A DNA stretch of 63,661 bases, the filler included, from Reclinomonas americana ATCC 50394 (lineage: Eukaryota): the NCBI GenBank assembly GCA_048213135.1. It is 14 parts of 5 records of this genome, joined end to end, with 100 filler letters (N's around TTAATTAATTAA, not from the genome) between each part and the next. Parts side by side here need not be neighbours in the genome. Positions count along the whole stretch, not along the records: positions 51,238 to 55,099 come from PS015681.1; positions 55,200 to 60,929 come from PS015681.1; positions 61,030 to 62,409 come from PS015683.1; positions 62,510 to 63,661 come from PS015684.1; 10 more parts are not named here. One strand, 5' to 3'. Positions 52,400-63,661 of this stretch are shown here, in pieces. The translations under genes were made by a program, and so were the position numbers. The first letter of the stretch is position 1; each line of letters starts with the position of its first letter. Below the pieces are notes generated by a model that was given only the letters and a program-made list of their open reading frames with translations, was not told the origin of the DNA and searched no databases.

Positions 52400-54282
52400 T
52401 ATATACACACTCGTTGAATCTTTCTCGCGCTCTTACACAATCTCTCACACTCTCTCACACATGCACTGCCTCCTCTCCTTCCCGTCCTCGGTCCTTGCCG
52501 ATCGCCCTGCCCTCTTTTTCTCACTCTGTTCGTTTCCGTCCTTCTCTAAACATCTCACACACATTCACTGTCTCTCCTTCTCGTCCCGTTCTCCTCTCCT
52601 TTGCTCTTCTCTTTTAACATGCAGTCACTCTGTTCGTTTCCATCTTCTAAATTTTTCATACACACAACAATCCTCTCCGCCCTCTCCTCTCCCCTTCCCT
52701 TCCCCTTCCCCTTAAAAATCCCCTTTCCCCTCTCACCCACCTCCATGGCCGTGCGCCCTCACATGCCCCCTCGTATGCTCCACAACATGCGCATACACCG
52801 CATGCAACTGCGCCAACTCATTCCGTCGCCGCGCGTCAGGCAGCAAATCCACCAACTCGTGCCACAAAAAGTGGTTGCCGCGAATCGCCTCCTGCACATA
52901 GGTGTAGTACTCCTCCGGCGCCAAGTCGCCACGTCGATACTTGGCCGACTCGTTGCGGAACTCCTTGAAGGCGTCTTCCGTGCCCAAGTGCTCGCGCAGG
53001 TGCCGCATAAACGCCTGATTGCGCGTCTGATCGCGCGACGCGTTGGTCTGGGCATCCTGACTCGCGCGCGCCATCACATCTCGCTTCAGTTCCTCTCGCT
53101 GCCGCACAATGGCACTGGCTCGGTCGCGTTCCGACATGGAATTGAGACCGGTGCGATGGCCGAGAATGTCGACGTTGAAGTTGAGTTGCAGGGCGGTGGG
53201 ATCCTCCAGCGGGTGCATGGTCGGCTGCGGAATGCCGGGCAAGTGGGCGCCCGACTGCAGCGAGATCACCGCCGACGAGCGCGACGCCGGGTGCGTAGGG
53301 TGCTGACGATGCAAGTGGGCCACCAGCTCAAAGTCGGAGGAAAACACAATGCCCGCCTCGACGCACTCGCCCACCGGGCACACGTAGTGGCAGGAGATGT
53401 AGTGGTCGAGGAGGTGGCGGTGGTCTTTGAAGTAGCGCCACATCATGCCGTCCTTGTCGCACACCTGAGTATTTGGAGAGGAGGAGGGGGTGAGTGTGAG
53501 GGGGAAAGAGAAAGGAAAAAAGAAAGGGAAAGGGAAAGGGAAAGGGATAGGGAAACAGGTCGCTCCGTCCGAGTGCTGTCTCTAATTAGCTAACTTTCCT
53601 TCTCTCTCGTTCACTCTCTATCAACGACAGAGAGAGAGAGAGACGGAGATAATGAGAGAAGAAGGCGAACAGAGAGAGAATGAAGAACGGAGGAACGAGT
53701 GAGGAGGCAGTGAAGAGAAACTAAGACACAGCTGACAGCTGAGAGNNNNNNNNNNNNNNNNNNNNNNNNNNNNNNNNNNNNNNNNNNNNNNNNNNNNNNN
53801 NNNNNNNNNNNNNNNNNNNNNNNNNNNNNNNNNNNNNNNNNNNNNNNNNNNNNNNNNNNNNNNNNNNNNNNNNNNNNNNNNNNNNNNNNNNNNNNNNNNN
53901 NNNNNNNNNNNNNNNNNNNNNNNNNNNNNNNNNNNNNNNNNNNNNNNNNNNNNNNNNNNNNNNNNNNNNNNNNNNNNNNNNNNNNNNNNNNNNNNNNNNN
54001 NNNNNNNNNNNNNNNNNNNNNNNNNNNNNNNNNNNNNNNNNNNNNNNNNNNNNNNNNNNNNNNNNNNNNNNNNNNNNNNNNNNNNNNNNNNNNNNNNNNN
54101 NNNNNNNNNNNNNNNNNNNNNNNNNNNNNNNNNNNNNNNNNNNNNNNNNNNNNNNNNNNNNNNNNNNNNNNNNNNNNNNNNNNNNNNNNNNNNNNNNNNN
54201 NNNNNNNNNNNNNNNNNNTCTCTCTCTCTCTCTCTCTCTCTTTCTTTCTTCTCTCTCTCTCTCTCTCCTCCTCTCTCTCCTC

Positions 54283-54328
<46 letters not shown>

Positions 54329-55240
54329 GCATCTCGATTTCACATGAGTCTTTATTTAGATCGATGCATTGACTTGGTCTCTGTGTGTGTGTGCGCGCGC
54401 AGGCAATCTGCTGCGCACGTCGCGTGTTCTCGACGAGATTCTGCGTCTGCGCGATATCATGTGTCGGCGATGCGGTGCGGGCCCGTTCCGGCACCTCAAT
54501 GACCTGAAGAAGCATGCGCGTGAGGAGCACGATTTGCATTTCTGCGATCAGTGCTTGAAGAATCGCAGGGCGTTCATCTCGGAGCAGCGCTTGTACTCGA
54601 GGCATAATCTGAAGAGGCACAAGAAGGAGGGAGACTATCCGGGATCGCATCGCGATGCGCAGCCGAATGATGGTGAGGCAGTGGCGGCGGAGAAGGAGAA
54701 GCAGAAGGTGGTGCTGATGTGTGGCTTGATGCGTGTGCAGGGTACGAGGACGGGCCGCTGAATGTCATCGAGCCGCATCCGCTCTGCACGTTTTGCAATG
54801 TGTTCCTGTACGACGAGGATGAGTCGTATCAGCACATGATTGCGGAGCATTATGGGTGTCAGGTGAGAGTGAGGGAAAAGGGGAAGGGAGGGGGAACGGA
54901 AAAGAGTAGAGATTGTGTCTCAGGCTATTCGTCTGCTCCTTTAGAAGAGAGAGATAGAGGGAGGGAAGCAAACGAAATAAGCAGACGATTCAGGAAAGAA
55001 GACAAACAGCAGGGAGACCACTCGGTGCAGTCTGATCGACTACTTTGTTTTTTCTTACTTTGTTAGTTCGTTCCTCCGTTCTTGTCTACCACTGTTTCAN
55101 NNNNNNNNNNNNNNNNNNNNNNNNNNNNNNNNNNNNNNNNNNNTTAATTAATTAANNNNNNNNNNNNNNNNNNNNNNNNNNNNNNNNNNNNNNNNNNNNG
55201 TGGTAGAAGGGGAAGGGGAAGAAGAAGAGGGGGCGGTCAT
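50825..55240 (-). CDS. ZNF598: ZNF598/Hel2-like ribosome quality-control E3 ligase (gapped; middle exons assembled on the opposite strand)
   Basis: Exon 53464-~52740 reads VCDKDGMMWRYFKDHRHLLDHYISCHYVCPVGEC...VFSSDFELVAHLHRQH and LWHELVDLLPDARRRNEL. RGG-rich and DFPGLP exons follow, ending KTVWGGSGKR*. Probable ATG at 55240; the RING exon is lost in a gap. Confidence 0.8.
54403..54862 (+). CDS. ZNF598: ZNF598-like C2H2 zinc-finger exons in inverted orientation
   Basis: Exons 54403-54672 and 54741-54862: CRRC...LKKHAREEHDLHFCDQCLKNRRAFISEQRLYSRHNLKRH...HPLCTFCNVFLYDEDESYQHMIAEHYGCQ. This joins in phase to VCD at 53464 on the minus strand. Confidence 0.85.
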
Positions 55241-55309
55241 TTCGCGTTGTGAGTGATTTTGGTGATGTTGGTATTTACATAGTGACATGTACAGAAACGC
55301 ACAGGTAAA

Positions 55310-55589
55310 TATCTCGTGAATGCACAGGCGGAGGCAACACAGATCGCACTCGAATGAAGCAGGTGCAGTAGTGGTGGCAGGGGAGGAGGACGGGTGCTCA
55401 ATTTGCTGTTTACGCACAGTACGTGCCACGTACAAAAACGCACAAGTGTCTTTCTACAAAATGCAAACGCGTGGTCATGTCCACACGGAAGCACTGCGCG
55501 CACAGGCGGGGAGCACACTTGGCAGCACAGGTCGCACTCGAATGAAGCGGGTGCAGTGGAAGGGAAGAAGAGGAAGAGGGGGCGCTCAT
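55310..55589 (-). pseudogene. Two degenerate copies of the ZNF598-like 5' end/RING start
   Basis: ATG 55589 gives MSAPSSSSS, then a frameshift to TAPASFECDLCCQVCSPPVRAVLPCGHDH. A second truncated copy reads TTTAPASFECDLCC near 55395-55325. The third copy starts MTAPSSSSPSPST at 55240. Confidence 0.65.
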
Positions 55590-55829
55590 TTCGTGCAATT
55601 TAGGGACACGAAGCACTCCTGATCCACTCTGACGATTCATTGGAGCCAAAGAACGAAGAAAACGAAGCGCAGGAACGAAAACGAAAGGCGAGAATGGCTG
55701 CTCATGAAACACGCATGATCAGTGGAGGCAAAGGGGAGAGGCACACTTGGTAGTAGGTACCAAGGAGAGAAAAAAGACAACGAAGAGGGCCGGTAACGCC
55801 AACGGAGCGCTGCTGCGTTTGCAGAAAGA

Positions 55830-58065
55830 TCAGCAAGGCCGGCTCTCACAAACCCCATAGTTACAAAACAAGCTTGAGCAACAATCGCCATCGCCTCCAC
55901 AGCTGCCGCCAGCGCCAGTGCACGGCGACACACACATCCCGTAATCGCAAATGCTGTTGCCGCAGCATTCGCTGTCGCATCCACAGCTGCCACCATTGCC
56001 AGTGCACGGCGATACACACCTACCGTACACACAATTGTTATCACAGCATTCGCTGTCGCGTCCGCAGCTGCCGCCATCGGGAGTCAGAGTGCACACACAC
56101 GACGCTCCGCCGTACGCCGTCGCACACGCTTGCGACACGCTGCACGTGGCCACCACCGTCGTCTTGCCGTACACGCACGAAAGCACACGACGGCTGTCCG
56201 GCGAGCACAGCGTCGTTCCGTCGCTCAGCGTGCACACACTGCAGTCCGAACCAGCAAGCCCCGCCGGGCATGTCGGCGGCGCCGCCGGCAGCGCGCGACC
56301 AATCGCCACCCATGTCACGTACGTGATGTTGTTGGTACCCGGATCCATCGTCGAAAACGTCATGCCGGTCGCATACAACTCGTTGCCGACTTGCTTCGTC
56401 GAGTACACCTTGGACGAGGTCAGCACGTAGTGGTTGATCGCACGAGTGCCCGCCGACTTCCACCCACGCAAGAACAGCTGCGTGGTGACAGTGGCCAGCA
56501 GCAAGCCATTCGGCGACGCCGGAGTCACAAAGCTGACAGTCTGCGACAGCGTGCTGCTCGTGTGCACAGTCTCTGCGGCAGAGTAAGCATCACCTCCCTT
56601 GCCAATTCACACAGAGGAGACTCACCCCCCGCCACCATGATGAAGCCGCTATTGTTGGTCGCATCCGGTCGCACAGGCGCCACCGCAAACCGAGCCGACA
56701 CCGCATCGACACGCGAGTCGCCAATCACAGTGGCCTTGATCAAGAAGTTGGACCGCGTCGCCACGCTGCTCGACAGCACAAACGAGTCGTCGCGCACTAG
56801 CTGCGTGCTGCTGTTCACCGGCTGGCGGTACGTCTGCACGCCCAACAGTGCCACCGGCATGATCGGCACCGACGCGAAGTGATACTGCGATGAAACGCTG
56901 GACAGCTGCGATCCAACAGGGGTGAGCAGCAGACAAGCGCGACGGAAAGCGTGAGAGAGAGAGAGACGACGCACAGCTGAGAAGTTCTTCGAGATCGAGT
57001 TGGTGGTCCACGCCGTGCTGGACAGAGTGCGCTGGCCGTCCATCGTATACGCATTCGTCTGGTGCACATAGTATGCCAGATAGTCTGTGGATGCAGACAG
57101 GTCAGCAAAAAGCAAGGACGCGTCGCTGCTACTGCCCCTCGAGTGCGAACGGCGATTACACCCACAGCAATCAATCGGCAGTCGAAAACAAACAAATGCC
57201 ACAGTGCAATACTCTCGGTCCACAACGCAACTCAGAAGCACCGACGGGCCTTCACCAGCCGGAACCGCCATCGGACTGAAAGCTGTCGACGCCACACCGT
57301 AGCACCGCGTGGCAAAGCCGGCCGCATTGAACACCGGCTCCGCGCAGAACGCAAACGTCCCGTCGGCAGCCTCGTCGGCACGGCTGCTTGCCGAGTTCGC
57401 GCAGAATCCTGAGCCGCACACATTGTAGCCGGCGAACGCCAGCAGCAGTCGTGGGCGCCGGTGGAATTGACGCGGGAACGTGAACGACACCGACTTTTGT
57501 GTCAGCGCGCGAGTGCTCATGTGCGGAGTCGATTGCGTCTGGATTGGCGGAGGAGCTGCTGGCGTCTCTTGACCACCAGCTTGAGCCATGAAGCCCGATG
57601 AGAACGTTTCGGATGTCGCCACGTACTCCCCATTGTTGGCCGCCACACACAGCTGCAACGCCGTGCCACCCGACGACGCATTCGGAGTGATCGACACGCG
57701 GAAGAGCCGGCAGCCAGTCTTGTGGATGCATGAATCGGCGCCGACACGAGACAGCGAGCCACCTGTGGCCTCCACAAAGGTCGAGTAGTCGGGAGTCGAC
57801 GAGCAAGGCAGACCGGCGGCCACCACCTTGAAGCTCGTGCAATCGGTAAAGTTGAGCGTCGCCGACCCAACCACGACGGCGTTGGCCTGGCCAAACTTGA
57901 GAATCGGCGGTGCGGCGAATGAGACGTTGGGAGTCGATGATGCAGGGATGATAGTGATGGCAGTCGTCTGTAGGCGGTACACCGAGGAACCACCGGACTG
58001 GAACCTGCACGCAACAAGTGTAAGAGTGAGACAGGGGTGTATGTGTGTGTGTGTGCATGTATGTG

Positions 58066-58127
<62 letters not shown>

Positions 58128-59432
58128 GACTTACGCAACTTGCCACACAGGTAGTACACGCCTGGAGTGGCAAGCGTGCACGAGCCAGCGGCAACAGCGC
58201 CGAGAGACCCCTGCGCGAACGACGCGCCAGTCGCCACCGAGAAGATCACATACTTGCTGGCCGGATCACTGGACTGCAGGCTGACGCTCGAGTTTGCCAC
58301 CGCTGATCCACTGCACGTGGACGAGGCGTACAGGCCAAACACGGCACCGCCGCCCAGCTGTCGGTTGGCAAAGTGGTCGCCGGTGACTTTGAGGCTGTAT
58401 GCGGCCAGGCCATTGACGAGGTCGGTGCCGGTGGATTTCACATCGACGGTGACTGTGATGGGAAGAGAAAAAAGAGAGGTGAGGAAGTGACCAATTTGGA
58501 GAGGGCGAGAGAAAGGGAGCAAGATACGAAGGACAGAGACGGGAGCACCACCACTACGCAACACACAAACACCGTCGCCACAAACTCGTTGCGGTACGTC
58601 GTTCCTCCAGCGCCGTCCAGATCGATGCACAAGTACCGCTCGCCACCACTGCCGTCACTGGCGGCCGAGAACGTCAGCGACGTGGCTGTAGTGATGGTGA
58701 CGGTGGACGGGGAGGTGCCCGTGCACGAGCGATCAGTGAACAGGGTGGCGGTGGTGGTGCCGGGGACAATGGGGATGGGGTTGGAGGCGATGGAGAAGTC
58801 CACAACCTGGCTGGCGACGCCGGCCTTGATGGCGAAGTTGGCGGGAGTGAGCACTGCATGCAGCAGGGGATTGCGGATGAGCAGAAGGCCACGTCGCACA
58901 CATGCATGCGAAAGTGTGGATACATGAACGAAAAGGTGATGAGTGGCCACGAGAAGACAGAAGCACAAGATAAATGATGGTCCGTTTCCGAGCGCGTTCG
59001 GATATTACACACAGAAGATAAATGTCGGCATAGGTGGAGACAGCGAGGGAGGGAGGGAGAGAGAGAGCAAGACCACCGCGAAGGAAACATGCATTTGCGC
59101 GCGAAAACAGGGGGTGTTTGCCATGAAATCGCGCGCGCACAAATTATGTGCAGTCAGATTCATGACCCTCCTCCGCCTCCTGTCGCAGAGGAGAGAACAA
59201 GCGCAAAACAAACACACACAGACACCGAGATGGAAGACAGAAAAGAAGAGAGACAGAGACAGAACAGAGGTGCCGAGAGTGTGCATATGTGCAACAGAAA
59301 TCTCCCGCGCAATCAAACACCAATCACACAAAAAAGATGTGGACACTCACCTGACGCGGAGGCGTGAGTGCACAGCAGCGCAAGAGTGGCCAGAGCGAGC
59401 AGCAAAACCGCGGCAAGTCGAGTGGCGAACAT
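55830..59432 (-). CDS. Secreted modular protein: beta-rich domains, probable H-type-lectin-like domains and C-terminal Cys-rich (knottin-like) repeats
   Basis: Signal-peptide exon from ATG 59432 (MFATRLAAVLLLALATLALLCTHASAS). Segments VSFTFPRQFHRRPRLLLAFAG, HFASVPIMPVALLGV and QTVSF...TYVTWVAIG resemble the H-type lectin pattern. Three GGSCxxDxxCC...CxYGxC repeats precede the TGA at 55830. Confidence 0.75.
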
Positions 59433-59521
59433 GCTTGCTTTCCTGCGAAAAAACCAAGTGAGTGATGCACACAGTACAGGGAGGGGAGAGACACTGGACA
59501 GCAGAAGCACAGAAGAGGCAA

Positions 59522-59581
<60 letters not shown>

Positions 59582-59996
59582 GGGAGTGAGAGGAGAGAGC
59601 AAACAGTTGTTGAGAGTCGGAAGATCAAGACAAGTGAGCTTTCCGATGAGAGGAAGAGAGAGATAAGAGAGAGAGAGAGAGGGAGAGAGAGAGAGCGACG
59701 AGGACACTGCAACAAAGAGTAAAGAGGAGGAACAATGGCTCACCGCAACACGTTTCAAGGGGCTGTGCGAGACCTGTGATCCGAATCAGTTGATCGAGTG
59801 GAATTGACTGAAAAAACCTCTGGGTAACGTGCCAAAACAGCGATAGCACGAAGGCTAGTGTTCTGCGTGCCCCTCTAGACTGCTTTGGTTAACGTTAGAT
59901 AGTCAGCTGCATGCTGCAAGTGTCCACTTTCGGAAATGTGCCAATTTCCCGGCTGCAATTTCGCGGCAATTGTCTGTTTTCACAGCTCCGGCTGAG

Positions 59997-60110
59997 GGAT
60001 CCATTCTTTTCAGAGGCCGAGATCCATTCTTTTTCGGTCCAGGTCGCCAGAGATCCATTCTTTTTCGGTCCGGGTCACCGGGATCCGTTCTTTTTTGGGA
60101 CCGATCCCAG
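59997..60110. repeat. Four short direct repeats GATCC(A/G)TTCTTTT at ~22-33-bp spacing
   Basis: Copies near 59998, 60021, 60052 and 60082, upstream of the lectin-like gene. Confidence 0.75.
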
Positions 60111-60479
60111 ACCCCAGACCCTCCCTTTCAAGTTCTTGGTAAGTTCCGAATGCCGGACGCAGGACCTTCTCGTTGAAGAAGGATCTGAAGAAGTGACCGT
60201 CGAGACTGCGCACACCTCCGAAGACATGGATCTGGTACACAACTGCACACAGTGGGTGTGCGGAGCAAACGGGGAGAACAACGAAGTGAAAAAAACGATT
60301 CGCGCACAGCGGACGAGACTCCTGCAGAAAAGTGAACACTTTGACGACACAGTCACCACACGACGGCACACTACAATCACAACACTCCATGCCGGGAACA
60401 GGAAACAGCGGCAGAATCAACAAAATTACAAAAAGCACCGTCGTGTGGGAGCGACGACAAGAGGAGACAGAGAACGGAA

Positions 60480-60697
60480 TTAGAGGGTCTCGTTGCCGAC
60501 AAGCAAAGCATTGTCGCGCTGCGCTGCAGCGGCGGCGGCCAGCGTGCGGCGACGGCGGATAAAGGCGTAGAGAGCCACGGCAATGAGGGCCACGGCGGCC
60601 ACCAGCGTAATGGGCAGCACAATGGCCAGCGTGGTGTTGTTGTTGCCGCCGGTCTTTGACGGTGGCGACGATCCTTGCGTCTCTTCCAGAGAGGTGG
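60480..60697 (-). CDS. Last exon of a type I membrane protein
   Basis: CTGAC branch point and CACAG acceptor, then ...NNNTTLAIVLPITLVAAVALIAVALYAFIRRRR...NETL* (TM helix plus basic stop-transfer). Confidence 0.75.
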
Positions 60698-60835
60698 CTG
60701 TGTGGGCAATACCCCGGAAGTCAGCATATGGGGGAAGGGGGGTATGGGGGAGAAGCGGGAAAAGGGAAGGGAGCGAGGGAAAAGGTAAGGGAGGAGGGAA
60801 ACGAAGTGAGGGAGGACAGACTGACAGACAGACAG

Positions 60836-60907
<72 letters not shown>

Positions 60908-61029
60908 GACGAACGAAGAACCGAACGAANNNNNNNNNNNNNNNNNNNNNNNNNNNNNNNNNNNNNNNNNNNNTTAATTAATTAANNNNNNNNNNNNNNN
61001 NNNNNNNNNNNNNNNNNNNNNNNNNNNNN

Positions 61030-62409
61030 AACGTGCGACTGGAGGAGAACGACATTGATCCGGAGTTGGTGAGTGGTGATGGTTTGTCGTCCGTGAAATG
61101 TGTGATGCTCACTCTGTGCTACTCGCACACAACAACAGGCTGCGCTGGACGCCGCCCACGAGACTCGTATTCGCGAGCAGCGCGATACTGACGACAAGCG
61201 TGCCACGCCACGTGGTGTGACTCCGCGCACGGCCGCCTTGGCGCGCCGCAACAGCACGCCGACCAACAGCATGTCGGCGCGTCATCGCTCACCACTGCGC
61301 CAGCCGCTGCAGCAGCCGCCATTCAGACCAGCGGGCCGCCCATCGCCGAGTCCGGCACGCAACGCCAACACCACTCCGCGCCGCACCATCGAGAGCCCTA
61401 TTCGCGGTCGCCCCACGGCCAAGAGCCCCATTCCGGGCTCCGGTCGTCCAGTGGACCCCTCGCGCGACAGCACACCGTCCAACTCTCGTGCTACCACACC
61501 ACGCGGTCGCACCACTCCCGCTGGTCTGCCTCCGCGCGACAAGACGCCGCTGCGCAAGGTGACTTTCACCTCGTCAGCCGACATTCAAAGTGTTTGGTGA
61601 TCTCACTCTCGCTCTCTCTTCCCTCACCGAAGCAGCAGACACCAGTGCAGGCGCCTGAGGGTCCGGTGGCCGTTCGCATCACGGCCAAGCTCGATATGCG
61701 GGCATGGTCGCCCATCAAGCAGCGCTCTCGCAGCCCGCTGGCCAACAACAGCAACAGTCCGTCGAACGTAACTGCAGCGGCGGCAGCTGCTACTGCTGCT
61801 GGTGGCTCGTCGTCACCAGTGTCTGGTCACCATCAGCGCTCCGCCACGTGGTCGCCGGTGGCGCTGACGGCGGAGAATGGCGGCGGCGACAAGGCCTCCC
61901 CGAGCGTGCACGGTTCGACTCGTCGCCCGCAGCCGCTGCGTCTGCCCGAAGAACCGCTGTCATCTTCGTGGCTGACGGCACCGTCGGTGGACACTGACTC
62001 GTCGGCATCACCACGACCGACGGTCGACGAGGCGTCGGTGCTCGCAAACTCGATGCCAGTGTCGCCCTCTGCTGCGGCGCAACAGCAGCCACCGTCACCC
62101 GCCATGGCGGGCATTCATGGCCTATTTGCTGGTGCCGCGCGCAAGATCCCCTCGCCGGTGCTGCCGTTTGCCGCGGCACTGCCGCAGCCACCGCGGGCCA
62201 TGTCGCCGGCCTTGTCTCGCAACACCTCCCCGACTCGCTCGCCGCCGGCGCTCGGCGCTGGCGAGACTCCGGCCCTGCCCACGGCAGCGCTTCCGAGCTG
62301 GCCACCGCAGGGAATGGCTGCTCGCTCGACAGCCACTCCACCACTGCCGCCACAGTTGCCGCCTCCACCACCTGCGGTGCGTGCCGTGGTGTTGCCGACG
62401 GCGGCGGCG
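61030..62409 (+). CDS. Internal exons of a Pro/Ser/Thr/Arg-rich disordered protein with many S/T-P sites
   Basis: Exons 61030-61068 (GTGAGT donor), 61139-~61590 and ~61632-62409, with long open frames rich in TPR/SP motifs. Both ends lie in gaps. Confidence 0.6.
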
Positions 62410-62818
62410 NNNNNNNNNNNNNNNNNNNNNNNNNNNNNNNNNNNNNNNNNNNNTTAATTAATTAANNNNNNNNNNNNNNNNNNNNNNNNNNNNNNNNNNN
62501 NNNNNNNNNCTTTCTCTCTTGTGTGTGTGGCCATGAAAAAGAGATGAGTTGGCCTACTTTTTTTTACAAGCCAACGAGCTGTGTGCAGCGCGCAGTGAGA
62601 GAAGCAGTGATACTTTTTCCCTTCCCCATTACCCCCTAAAATCCGTATGCGTGCGTTGATGTGTGTGTTTTGTGTGTTGCTTTTTTGTGTGTGTTGTTGC
62701 CCTATATCCTTACCCTCGACCGGTTACCAGAGAAACCTTCTGCATTAAAAAAAATAGACAAGAGATTGATACACACATACACTTCCACCACCACAAACTG
62801 CAGCAGCAGCAAGCAGCA

Positions 62819-63013
62819 TCACATGGTTGAGTTGATGACCGAGGCGAGGTACTCGTCGGGTGTGGGTTGTGCCGGACCGGTGCGTCGCTGGTTACTGGTG
62901 CGCGAGCGACGACCGCCGGCACGAATCACGTCAATGGCGGAATTGGCGCCCGCCGAGCCCGGGAGCGGCTGCAGACTGGTACCGAGCATTTGTTTGCGGC
63001 GGCGGGCGGCCTC
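62819..63013 (-). CDS. Probable terminal exon of an unknown gene
   Basis: Pyrimidine tract and CGCAG acceptor, then EAARRRKQMLGTSLQPLPGSAGANSAIDVIRAGGRRSRTSNQRRTGPAQPTPDEYLASVINSTM*. Confidence 0.55.
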   Translation of the reverse strand, partial: EAARRRKQMLGTSLQPLPGSAGANSAIDVIRAGGRRSRTSNQRRTGPAQPTPDEYLASVINSTM

Positions 63014-63661
63014 CTGCGCGAGGGGAACAAGGAAAGAGGGTGAGGGCGAGAGAGGGGAAGGGAGGGAAAGGGGAAGAGAGGGAAAGGGGTGAGGGAGGAA
63101 GGGAGAGAGAGGTGGTGAAGGAAAAGTGAAACACAGAAAGCGAGATGGAAAGGAAGCTGAAGCAAGAAAACAGCGATGGAAACGAAAACTGAGAGATGGA
63201 GAACTTGTGAACGTGGCGGGAGAGAGCCAACACTGTCAGAAGTAGGATGGGAAACGCTTAATGCAGACTGAAGGAGAGAAGAAACGGCCAGAGAGACGAC
63301 AGTTGACGTGGGAAACAACAAGAGAAATTCTCGTTGAAGACTGCAGGAGAGGGAGAGAGAGAAAAGGAAGAAGAGAGCGTGACGGAATGCGTGAGACGAA
63401 AAGTGGACAGAGAACCAGAGCAAGCGTGCGAACGCAAGGGGAAAAAAAGGCGACAAATAGTTGCTGCCAACTAGGGAATGGAGGGCAAGGGGGAAATGAA
63501 TGTGGACGAACACTGGTGAGAGAGAGAGAGAATGAGAAACGACAAAGGAAACAAGACGAGAAAATCTGGCTGTCAATTGCAGGAGAGGAAGGAACAGCGA
63601 GATAGACAGAGGAATGTGCGAGCTGACGAGATGCAGCAGACTGCAGGAGAGCATTGCAACA

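Noticed and set aside
54660..54760. Apparent frameshift in the ZNF598-like exons, and in-frame stops elsewhere, as recoding or an alternative genetic code
   Set aside because: Resolved by ordinary short GT-AG introns (here 54673-54740); TAA, TAG and TGA all serve as terminal stops in the gene models.

Overview
This is a fragmented draft assembly of an intron-rich eukaryote, probably a protist; I cannot name the organism. It contains many N gaps, 13 artificial N-TTAATTAATTAA-N contig linkers and (GA)n/(CT)n-rich introns. Manual splicing of GT-AG introns gives about 13 genes or gene fragments: an ankyrin/coiled-coil/HEPN-like/protein-kinase fusion; a multi-pass membrane protein probably ending in a RING-H2 finger, with an inverted second copy; an organellar-type threonyl-tRNA synthetase; two tandem secreted Asp-box beta-propeller/EGF genes; a WD40 protein; a 66-aa repeat microprotein; a 7TM-RGS protein; a ZNF598/Hel2-like ligase with one inverted contig; a secreted H-type-lectin-like/Cys-rich protein; and several partial genes. 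A roughly 5.1-kb TIR transposon sits upstream of the second propeller/EGF gene. The most interesting candidates are (1) the ANK-HEPN(RHxxxH)-kinase protein, which combines the domain types of RNase L in a different order, (2) a recurrent shifted 5' splice-site class GTTG(C/A/T)G, (3) the TIR element with a 3-bp target duplication and dense subterminal repeats, and (4) repeated degenerate duplications of gene 5' ends. All exon models and domain calls come from reading the sequence by eye; no searches were run.
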